From NCBI GenBank assembly GCA_009602725.1, contig WELB01000024.1, forward strand, positions 902,005-935,643: 33,639 bases of DNA. Reading direction: 5' to 3'. Positions 23,243 through 33,639 of this stretch are shown here, one piece after another. The translations under genes and the position numbers were made by a program. The notes beneath the pieces are model-generated. The model ran no database searches. It saw only the letters and a list, made by a program, of their open reading frames with translations, and was not told where the DNA came from. The stretch's first letter is position 1; each line of letters opens with the position of its first letter. The DNA comes from Spirogloea muscicola. Taxonomy: Eukaryota.

Positions 23243-24341
23243 GCCGGCGGCCGCGCCGCTCTCGCTCCTTGCTTGCGCGCCAGCCGTCACAGCGCCACTG
23301 CCGAGCGCCACGGCCCGCCGCGGCCCGGCCTCGGGCCCGGCGCCGGCCNNNNNNNNNNNNNNNNNNNNNNNNNNNNNNNNNNNNNNNNNNNNNNNNNNNN
23401 NNNNNNNNNNNNNNNNNNNNNNNNNNNNNNNNNNNNNNNNNNNNNNNNNNNNNNNNNNNNNNNNNNNNNNNNNNNNNNNNNNNNNNNNNNNNNNNNNNNN
23501 NNNNNNNNNNNNNNNNNNNNNNNNNNNNNNNNNNNNNNNNNNNNNNNNNNNNNNNNNNNNNNNNNNNNNNNNNNNNNNNNNNNNNNNNNNNNNNNNNNNN
23601 NNNNNNNNNNNNNNNNNNNNNNNNNNNNNNNNNNNNNNNNNNNNNNNNNNNNNNNNNNNNNNNNNNNNNNNNNNNNNNNNNNNNNNNNNNNNNNNNNNNN
23701 NNNNNNNNNNNNNNNNNNNNNNNNNNNNNNNNNNNNNNNNNNNNNNNNNNNNNNNNNNNNNNNNNNNNNNNNNNNNNNNNNNNNNNNNNNNNNNNNNNNN
23801 NNNNNNNNNNNNNNNNNNNNNNNNNNNNNNNNNNNNNNNNNNNNNNNNNNNNNNNNNNNNNNNNNNNNNNNNNNNNNNNNNNNNNNNNNNNNNNNNNNNN
23901 NNNNNNNNNNNNNNNNNNNNNNNNNNNNNNNNNNNNNNNNNNNNNNNNNNNNNNNNNNNNNNNNNNNNNNNNNNNNNNNNNNNNNNNNNNNNNNNNNNNN
24001 NNNNNNNNNNNNNNNNNNNNNNNNNNNNNNNNNNNNNNNNNNNNNNNNNNNNNNNNNNNNNNNNNNNNNNNNNNNNNNNNNNNNNNNNNNNNNNNNNNNN
24101 NNNNNNNNNNNNNNNNNNNNNNNNNNNNNNNNNNNNNNNNNNNNNNNNNNNNNNNNNNNNNNNNNNNNNNNNNNNNNNNNNNNNNNNNNNNNNNNNNNNN
24201 NNNNNNNNNNNNNNNNNNNNNNNNNNNNNNNNNNNNNNNNNNNNNNNNNNNNNNNNNNNNNNNNNNNNNNNNNNNNNNNNNNNNNNNNNNNNNNNNNNNN
24301 NNNNNNNNNNNNNNNNNNNNNNNNNNNNNNNNNNNNNNNNN

Positions 24342-25320
<979 letters not shown>

Positions 25321-25689
25321 AGAGATATCTCTTCCGAGGGGGCGAGGTCTACTAAAGGGCCAGCTCACGGAGAAATGACAAGGCTCAGAAAAGACGGAGA
25401 GCTGATAGCACCCAGGAAAGGAAAGAATCACTAAGGATGGCTGCTCAGTGACTCCTGCTTAGCAGCCGCACATCAGATATATCAGCGAAGCGGCGGGGCT
25501 GGCCTTCGTGAGCCCGTGATGGGAGCACCAGATTGAAGAGAGGGAGAGGGATTGAGCTTGGACTCTTTTTGACGCCTTGTTCACTCTTACTTCTGGGCTG
25601 GCTAAGTACAACCATCGCCCTCTACTGGAATATGTTTTTCTCGTTTTAATCCAGTCGCCTAAGGAGCTGACTCTGTCTGAGATGATTTT

Positions 25690-26060
25690 GCATAACATGC
25701 AATCGACGTCCACGGGATGTATAGGGTCTCGGTGGCTCGATCTCCACCAGCAGATTGCGCGACGAGCGGTGGCTCAATGGCAGGCGCAGAAGGGCGAGCA
25801 GCCGACTTTCCACATCGCGGGCTCACTGCATTAGTGTAGTACATGCCTCTCTCCACTTCGCTGCATCGGTCCCAGCCTTTCGCCTTGCATCTCTTTGCTA
25901 GACATTGGCTGTGGCTTCAGGATATCGTGGGGTAATTTTCTCGCTGTCCAATTCTTTTGTGGGCTGGCCTTTCACAGCCCCGTTACCAGGCCTTTGTAAG
26001 GCTCAAAGTTGGCCTCCATTTTATTTCATTTCATTTCATGTGCACAGCGCGTCTTGCTTC
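25690..26060 (+). mobile_element. Highly decayed CRE-type 3' fragment (copy C)
   Basis: Across frameshifts: AIDVHG / GCIGSRWLDLHQQIARRAV / LSTSLHRSQPFALH / ASGYRG. These are followed by the hairpin GGGCTGGCCTTTCACAGCCC (25961-25980) and the terminal motif TTGGCCTCCATTT...TTCATGTGCACAGCGCG. Confidence 0.6.
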
Positions 26061-26295
26061 GCAGCCCTCGTTCCTCGTTCAGAGCTTACTTCCTCATGAT
26101 GGAAGCGCTCCTTTTCTTCCTGCTGCTTCTCATCTCTGACTTGCGGCTAGTGAGTAGGCGTCTCCGGGTGGGTATCCGTAGCAGCCATCCGTTTTGTTGC
26201 CTGGGTGGCCTCCAGGAAAGATCCCTTGCATTTGAAACAAACGAAGGCCAAATGGCCAAGTACAAAGGCAAGCACATCTTACGACCTACATAAAA

Positions 26296-27330
26296 GAAAG
26301 CGCGGCCAGAGTGACTGGTGTCTGGGAAAGGCCAGCCCAAAGGAATGGATAAGGTCTACAGAACCTACAGTAGATTGACCCGCTCAGTAACCACGGGTCA
26401 AAACATAAAGGTCGCTAACCGATGCCTGAATACTAGATGGCAGATATGAAGCCCTTCTGTCACCAACTAGAGCTCGCTCAGCTTTCTGGTGCAAAGCATT
26501 AGCCTGAGCACGCTGCAAATAGGCCGAAACTCGTCTTTGCAAGAACGACAGATGCAGCTGGCAAGCCCATCTCAGCCGGGAACACATCTGCATGCCGTGT
26601 GTAGCCTAGATTTGGCAATATTTTGAAGGAGAGTAAGGAAACGAAGACCTAAGCAGCCAAGGATGTCGACTGCTGCTGGCAGAAGCTGATCACATTGGGG
26701 GCAGTCGGAGTAGTGCTGCAGTTTTCTTTGTTCAGCACTGCCCTCTGCGTGGCCAGCGATATGTGCCGATGCTGGACCTCCGTAATCACATCGACCAAGG
26801 CCCATGGTCCTCCACCGGGTTGCACGCCCACAATGTCAAGTGTGCGGCGATGATGACGTTCCCTGGGCAGCCGTGGTGATACGCATGATGTTGATTACTT
26901 CCACGACCGCACGGTACCCGGCGTCGCGCATCAAACCCGCCAGGGCATCGAGGAGGAGGAGGTGCTCACAACTACTGGTCCAGTGGGGCATCGCAGCATG
27001 TGAGTGGCGAGCTCAGCACCTTCTGCACGGAAGTCGCACTCACACTGGCGCACCCCAATCAGGCAGTTAGATGGGAGACCGAGGAAGATTTGAAGCAACG
27101 TCCGTCCGAAAGGCCTCGGAGCTGATGCTGAAGGCGTTGGCCACAGCGTGTGAGGTGATCCAGTCTGTGGCTCCAGGTGTGGCGAGGGAAGTAAGTCTTG
27201 CCAGGCTCCTTGGATTGGTGTGAACCTCTGGCAGCCTCCTCAACCTTCTGCGGCGTTCATCTTCCACTGCCGTAACCAGTCTGGATTGTGCCCCTCTATC
27301 AGAAGCTTGGGCGAGAGCGGAGGATGGCGT
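26296..27330 (-). mobile_element. CRE-type non-LTR retrotransposon 3' fragment (copy B): zinc knuckle plus RLE, frameshifted
   Basis: ARLTSLATPGATDWIT...FRT / FLGLPSNCLIGVRQCECDFRAEGAELATHMLRC / DALAGLMRDAGYRAVVEV / RTLDIVGVQPGGGPWALVDV / LLPAAVDILGCLG / QRRVSAYLQRAQANALHQKAERAL...SDLYVLTRGY* (stop at 26384). Its UTR 26296-26356 is nearly identical to 24892-24952. Confidence 0.8.
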
Positions 27331-27339
27331 GAGTAGGGG

Positions 27340-28010
27340 TTGTCTAGAGGGAAAGGTCCGAGGGGCGCGAGACGTCGCCCTGCGGGGGAGTGGAAGAAGA
27401 AAGTGCTCGCCCATTGAGAATAGGGGCTGGAAAAGCCAGCCCAAAAAAGAATGAACAGAGTACAAGAAGGGGGCCAGGGGAAGCGCTAAGAAAACAAGCA
27501 CACAGAGAAACGAAGCAGCTACGAATCACTCAAGAAGAAGGGCCCATTGAGGCTAGGGGCTGGAAAAAGCCAGCCCGAAAAGTGGAGCCCGCAGCGCAGC
27601 CAGCGCGCCGCGATCGGCCCGGCGGCCCCGGCTTTCCTTCTAGGCGAGAGAGAGAGAAGGCGCGCGGGGCGCATGAATTGAAAGGGAGGCCAATTCAAGC
27701 CAATACATTGTTCAGGCAGAGTCGAGTGCAGACTAAACAATGCTACATAATACGGAGACCTAATCTAAGGTACCTAAGATGACATTAGTACCCACGGGTG
27801 AGCACAAACAAATCTGACAAAGGAGAGAAGAAGATTCGAGAAGAAAGGAGCCCTTCCGAGCGAGCACTTTCTTCCGAAGGCGCGACGACGTAAAGGGCCA
27901 GCTCATAACGGAGAAAGTGCTCGCCTTTAGAGGAGAGGGGCTGGCAAAGCCAGAGGAGAGGCCCATCCGCAAAGGAATTGCTCGCGCATAGAGAATAGGG
28001 GCTGGGAAGC
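27340..28010 (-). mobile_element. Stack of short CRE 3'-UTR and terminus fragments, including copy F (27646-27830: LSDLFVLTRGY*, UTR, (TC)6)
   Basis: 27657-27820 is the reverse complement of 28825-28980. Hairpin copies lie at 27424-27442, 27557-27576, 27937-27952 and 27997-28010. 27871-27916 resembles 25331-25375. Confidence 0.7.
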
Positions 28011-28020
28011 CACATCTGCC

Positions 28021-28982
28021 CTCCCTGGACGTGGCCTCACCCGGCTCCTTTCCATTAGCTACCCGGGCGCTTCTGAGTGGCTAAACGCTCTGCCGATATA
28101 CGAATCCCTTCGGCTCACAGACAACCTGTTCCGCACAGCGCTCCACCACCACCTCGGCCTCCTCCCCCCTTGCTTGGCTGGCATCCGCCAGTGCGAGTGT
28201 GGCCACATTGCCGATGACAAGCTCGATCTAGCTGCTCATATGCTGAGATGTGTTGAGGGGGGTGAGCGCATTGCCTCCCACAACTTACTCAGGGACACCA
28301 TGTCTGGGATTGTGCGATAGGCGGGGTACTATCTGGCGATGGAGGTGTCCGGCATCATGCCAATCTCCTCAAGGCGCGGCAAGCCATACGTGCGGCGTCT
28401 GGACGTGGTCGCCACCCCCCGGGGCGGTGGGCCTCGTCTGCTCCTGGACGTGGTACTGATCGACGCGTACAAGGCTGGCGCACCCACATCAATCGTGTCT
28501 GGCTGGGCCATGTCCAGCGCGGAGCGCAAGAAGGAGCGGCACTACCAGGAGGGGACCATCTTTATCCGTGTGCCATGGATATCTATGGAGGCTACGGCGT
28601 AAAATGGTCCTCCCTGATCCAGCATCTGGCCGGCTGGTTGGTGCGCATCGTCGAAGTTGGGGGGAAAGCTTGGGCCACTCCAGCATTCCTTACTTGCATA
28701 TTATGGAATGCGGCTCTCACTTAGTTTGCAGCGCTCGCAAGCATTGGCTCTTCATCAACGTGCAGGGCGCGCTCTAAGTCAGGCCTCCGGCTTTCGTGGC
28801 GGCGCTCCAGCTTCCCAAGTTAGCTTGTAAGATTTGTTTGTGCTCACCCGTGGGTACTGATGTCACCTTAGGCACCTTAGTTTCGGTCTCCGTATTGTAG
28901 CCCTGTTTAGTTTGCCCTAGACTCTGCCTGAACAATGTATCGGCTTGAACTGGCCTCCATTTCATTCCATGCGCCCCTTTCC
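28021..28982 (+). mobile_element. CRE-type non-LTR retrotransposon 3' fragment (copy D, best preserved): zinc knuckle plus restriction-like endonuclease pseudogene
   Basis: RLLSISYPGASEWLNALPIYESLRLTDNLFRTALHHHLGL..CLAGIRQCECGH...AHMLRCVEGGERIASHNLLRDTMSGIVR*AGY..ME...RRLDVVATPRGGGPRLLLDVVLID...GWAMSSAERKKERHY..FI(fs)CAMDIYGGYG...MRLSLSLQRSQALALHQRAGRAL...L*DLFVLTRGY* (stop at 28858-28860). It has two premature stops and one frameshift. Confidence 0.85.
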
Positions 28983-29310
28983 TGCTACCGAATGCGTTTA
29001 TCTATGTGCCTACAGCAGTCCCAGGCGATTGCTTTGCATCGCCGGGCTGGTCGCGCCCTTGCAGCAGCCTCTGCTTTGCGCAGCGGGGATGCTCTTCCTC
29101 CCCTCATCAGCCGATTTTTTAATATCAGCAGCCGCTTGATCTCATGGAGTTTCTAATACTCGGAATCCTTCCTCAGCTCATCTGACTTCCTACTGCTGAC
29201 ACGAGGGTATTGAGGGCGCCCTGTCTGCCTAGCCTTCGGCTCCGTCATGAACACCTGTATGCATCTGGCTGGCAGTTTACAGCCGATTCTGTAATATCAG
29301 CAGCCGCATT
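28983..29310 (+). mobile_element. Short CRE-type 3' fragment (copy E), head-to-tail behind copy D
   Basis: CYRMRLSMCLQQSQAIALHRRAGRALAAASALRSGD, then SDFLLLTRGY* at 29181-29213. There is an internal ~28-bp direct repeat at 29107-29135 and 29279-29307. Confidence 0.7.
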
Positions 29311-29435
29311 CTCCCTTTTCAGCACCGAGCGCGCCTTCTTGACTCGTCAGAGCTCTCACTCTCGTCTTGAGTACCCATCGTCGTTCAGGAGTGTGCACTG
29401 ACCGCGAGACAGCCCCCGCAGCGCGGCCCAGCGCC

Positions 29436-30858
29436 ATGGCCGCCGCTGCCGCCGCCGCCCCCGCCGTCGCCGCCGCGGCGGCNNNNNNNNNNNNNNNNNN
29501 NNNNNNNNNNNNNNNNNNNNNNNNNNNNNNNNNNNNNNNNNNNNNNNNNNNNNNNNNNNNNNNNNCGGCGGCGGCGGCGCCGCCGGCGGCCGCGGGCCCC
29601 GGCCCGCTCGCGCGGACCTCAGCGGCGTCGTGAACAGCGGCAACGTGAAGGAGGTCTTTAGCGGTGAGCGCCTCGGGGCGCCTGCGCGGCCATCTCTTTG
29701 TCGCCCACGGCCCAACGCCGAGTCGCTCGGCTTAGTGGTGGCCGCGGCCGAGCTGAATTTAGACCGCGCGAGGCCGTGGCTTGCGCCAGGCGACGAGTTC
29801 CGCGGCGAGCTGGAGAAGGCTGGCGACCGGCTGGTGCGCCATCACCACCCCACACCACAATGCTGCCCTGAGAGCCGCATCTGGAGCTTCTGACAACCCC
29901 CGCACACCTGCGCTGCAGCTCGCGGCCGCCATCTCCTGCGGATGCGCGGCTTGCATGCAGCGAGCACTCAACTGCGGACTCACCTGCGAATGCACATCAT
30001 TGCACACGCGAGAGTGCAGTGGGCGGGACTGCTGCTAGCGGCAGCCCTTGCGGGCCTTTCTGGAGTGTGCTGACTCGTAGGCACTGCCGTCCTGCCCGCC
30101 TGCGCGGCCAGGTCGTGCTGGACATCTCCACGAAGACCTGCGGGCCCTGCCGGCTGATCTTCCCCAAGCTCGTGAAGCTGAGCCTGGACTACCCGGAGGC
30201 CGTCTTCCTCAAGGTCAACGGCGACCACAGCACCGATACCAGGGTAAACCTCTTCCTCTTCCTGAACCTCAACACTTTCCCTAAAAACGTGCGGCCCCAA
30301 CGTGTGCATGTCTGGCCGTTTGCTGTTGACTGCAGCAGGACATTTGCCGCATGCGGCGCTTGAGTTCTGTGCTACCGCTTACCTGCTGAAGCCAGTGCTT
30401 TTGCCGTCCACACTCTCGCATGAGTGCACCTATCACCAACCTGAGATTGCAGCTTGAGTCGTCTATTCGATACAGTAGGCCGCACTGTGTGTCTTAATAC
30501 ATGTCCTGCATCCGTTTGCAAAAGATCACAGGAATTGGCCGCTTCGAGAGCGCTGCGTCGCTGAAGGCGCAGCTTTTGTTTGTGCACGATGCTTGCAGCA
30601 GCAGTTTGGCTGCTTCCACGCTGCAATCAGCTCAGAGCCACAATCAGCTCAGAGCCACAACAGGAACAGATGTCATGTTTATGGTGCTCGGTTCCACCTC
30701 TGCAGGCATTGATGCGGGAGTGGGGCGTCCGATCGGTGCCCATGTTCCGCTTCTATCGGAATGGGGAGGTCATACACTCGCACACTGGGGCCAAGGAGGA
30801 CGTGCTCAAGTCCAACTTCCTTAGACACTACGAGGCCGCCCCCTCTATTGCTGCGTAG
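29436..30858 (+). CDS. Plastid-type thioredoxin (f/CDSP32-like) with atypical TCGPC active site
   Basis: Exons 29436-29663 (Ala-rich transit-peptide-like, spans gap 29483-29564), 29790-29833, 30112-30243, 30706-30858: NVKEVFSGDEFRGELEKAGDRLVVLDISTKTCGPCRLIFPKLVKLSLDYPEAVFLKVNGD...LMREWGVRSVPMFRFYRNGEVIHSHTGAKEDVL. Confidence 0.9.
30625..30660. repeat. 17-bp tandem duplication in the thioredoxin intron
   Basis: AATCAGCTCAGAGCCAC occurs twice. Confidence 0.85.
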
Positions 30859-31173
30859 GCCGACAAGAGTCTGCGACTCGCCATTTGCCGACTTGCCATG
30901 ACGGCCATGCATGTGAGCTATATGGATCAACATATGAATCAATCGTCTGCTCAGCGCAGTGCTCGCTGAAAGCATAGATGGTGTTTGCTGGTCTGTGTAA
31001 TACTCAACAAAGGCCTACAATCTGTCAGATGCTCTGGTTGATCGTTGGCTTGACGATGCGGCAGGCGCGATATTACTGCAATCGGTTGACAGAAGGTGGA
31101 CAACAAGAGTGTCAGGAATGAAAAAATTTGTAAGAATAGATTTGTGGCGGGCAGGCTGGCCAGCAGTGGCCTC

Positions 31174-33510
31174 TTAATGTTCTGAAGCTACTTCTGTAAC
31201 CAACAGTCTTGCACCTTCGCCTTCGTCACCAATTTCTGGCACTCTCTGCGTCTGACAGGCAATCAGCTCGATTTGAGGCGGCGGCGAGTCACTGACATCA
31301 TCTTCCAGATGCCATCTTGGCTCCCTTCTCTTGACTACACCCTGACCATACTCAGCCATCTGAATTGCTCTCTCGCTGTCCTCTATCCAAGCCTCTATGC
31401 GGGCCCTCCCTCGGTCAGCCGGGTAAGTCCAGTACAGGCCGGTCATGACAACGGCGCATACCACAGAGGAAATGCCGAACGATAGGAAGATGCTCTTAGC
31501 GAGCGCCTGGCTGCTGCCGCCAAAACCATTGGGTGGCAAGGGCAAAGGGCTCGGCGACAAATCTGAGGATGGATCAGTGAGTCCAATGCTTTGACTGGAG
31601 ACAGGGCGCCACCCATTTTCATCAAGGGAGCTCATTGCGAGTGCGACAAGTGCTGCTGTGATCTTGCCAAACGCCGAATACAGAGCAAAGAGGGACGTTC
31701 GCAGGGGCTGGCTGACAACCTGGGAACAAGCACGGCCACTATCATTCTCAGAAAGAACACTCTTGCTTTCTGCTGACAATTGTTGCACCTCAAGCTGATC
31801 AGATAGCCCAGATAGCTAAGAGGATCTGTTCTTCATAGAGACCAGGGCAGCTGACTGCAGATATTGAATTGCAACATTATAAAGAATGAGACAGACCTCA
31901 GAGAGGACAGGCCACCGACATGCCGGAGTGGCCCATGCGGTAACAAAGCCCATCATGAAAAGGGCCAACCCATATGGCTCTCTGGACGTTGTCACGGCCG
32001 GCAGGCCGTGGAGTAGAGCGGCAGCAAGGGGAATGGCTATGGTCACGCTGACTTGGGAGCACAGGATGCGGCCGACGCTTGGGTAACGAAAGGCAGCCAG
32101 GTCGCCTGCCCAGCCCCCAGCAATGGACCCACAAGTCCTCCCAAGGTACATCATAATGACCTGGTGGACAACATTCAGCAGATGACAATGGTCTAACAGT
32201 CAGTGGCATTCCGGCGCCTCACCATGCATAACTCAAAGCATTACTCAAGTCTCCAAAGTCCAGCTTTGGCTTACCTGCCAGGCGACTGTGCTAGGCGCAA
32301 AGCCAGAGAGAGACAGCCACAGGCCAAGGAGCCACGTGGCGTGCCACAAGAACTGGCCTGCGACCTCCTCGGCGGCGATGAGCTGGACACTTCTCACCAG
32401 GAGCGTAGAGCGCAGGCCCGCGGCGACCTCCGTCACGTCCTCATGGGCCTGTGCAAGAAACGTGCGGGCTGGCAGCGTCCAACTGCAGAGCTCAACCAGC
32501 GGAGGGCTTATTGTGAAAACCTCGTCAACTATACCAACTATACCAAGCGAAAATACAGCTCCTCATCTGGACCCTCGTACACTCCCATAAACCCCTTGCC
32601 AGAGTAACCCTCCATCCGGATCACTTCTCAAATGCTGCAGCACCTTTTTGCCGGCAGAGCGCTGTGGGAATGGTGCACTGCAATTGTCCTTTTTGTCTGC
32701 GTGCATAACACTTTAATGACTTTGCTATCTTCTTGCAAGACCCCTTCATCTCCAAAAGCGAAAAGTAATACAAACCCGTCAACATGTTGTGGGCATGTGA
32801 CTCGATGTCTGTGCTGCACTGACCTCGGTCTGGACCGCCGCCCAGGGGGAAGCACGTGATCACGCCCGTATTGGAAAAGTGCACAGGAATTCAGGGCTCC
32901 GATGGCAGCTACGGCGAGGAAGGCCAGCCGATGAGGCGAGGCGGTGAGGGTGCGTGCGCGGCTTTCTGCGGCCGCTGTAGGTGAGGCGGCCAAAGCTACG
33001 GCTGCACCCGCCTGGCCGGCGGCCTGCAGCCAGCCGTAGGCCACGCCGCGGCGCTCCTCGGGATAGCTGTCGGCAACGATGGACTGGGCGACGGGCAGCG
33101 AGACCGCGAGGCTGGCGCTGGCGGCGGCCCTGGCCAGCGCGAGCTGCCGCGCGGGCGTGGGTGCCGAGGACGCGTGCTTGCGTCAGGCTGGCGGCTCGGC
33201 AGGGACCTCGCCCGGCAGCCCTGCTGATGCGACGTTGTTCCCAATTGATCAGCCCGCTCCAAGACGACTGAGCACCAATTCGGAGCATGCCTACACCAAC
33301 ACCTAAGCCCTTGAAGCCATCACCCCGAGTGACCATAAACCCTGAGCTCTGCCTCGAGCCCCATGGCGGCCTGCCCGACCCGACCTGCCAGTGGGCGGAG
33401 GCCGCAGCGGTGGCGAGCGCGGCGGCGGCCGCCAGCAGCCCGGCGGCGCCAGCGACCAGCGTGCGGTCCAGCGAGAGGGCGAGCAGCGGCGCCAGCGGAG
33501 CCGCCAGCGC
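31174..33510 (-). CDS. Major facilitator superfamily transporter (plant spinster-like type), 5'-truncated at the window end
   Basis: Exons 33510-33385, 33143-32824, 32482-32275, 32160-31897, 31719-31174. Motifs: LPVAQSIVADSYPEERRGVAYGWLQ, GSIAGGWAGDLAAFRYPSVGRILCSQVS, PVLSEVVSQPLRTSLFAL, ALAKSIF..LYWTYPADR, with multiple hydrophobic helices. Confidence 0.88.
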
Positions 33511-33517
33511 CTGCGCG

Positions 33518-33639
<122 letters not shown>

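Noticed and set aside
27657..28980. ~165-bp inverted repeats flanking a nuclease-like ORF, resembling a TIR DNA transposon
   Set aside because: Both arms contain the DLFVLTRGY* codons and the 3' UTR, so they are two retroelement 3' ends in opposite orientation. There is no transposase and no evident TSD.

Overview
This is eukaryotic, intron-rich, GC-rich nuclear DNA with short GT-AG introns, (GCC)n-rich 5' exons and four N gaps. The gene set looks like a streptophyte green alga or early plant (inference). Eight spliced protein genes could be assembled by hand: an EDR2-C/DUF1336 protein (+), an SR45a/Tra2-like splicing factor (-), an MRS2/CorA Mg2+ transporter (+), AP-2 sigma (-), an Spt7-like SAGA subunit with a bromodomain and a histone fold (+), a BCAS3-type ATG18 (-), an atypical TCGPC plastid-type thioredoxin (+), and a 5'-truncated MFS transporter (-). 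The most unusual part is 24.3-29.3 kb. It is a dense nest of at least six 5'-truncated, decayed non-LTR retrotransposon 3' ends of the CRE type (zinc knuckle plus restriction-like endonuclease) in both orientations. They share a C-terminal 'SDLxVLTRGY*' peptide, a 3'-UTR stem-loop, and a terminal motif that runs into (TC)n microsatellite, including a ~400-bp (GA)n tract. All homology calls come from recognising motifs by eye, not from database searches.
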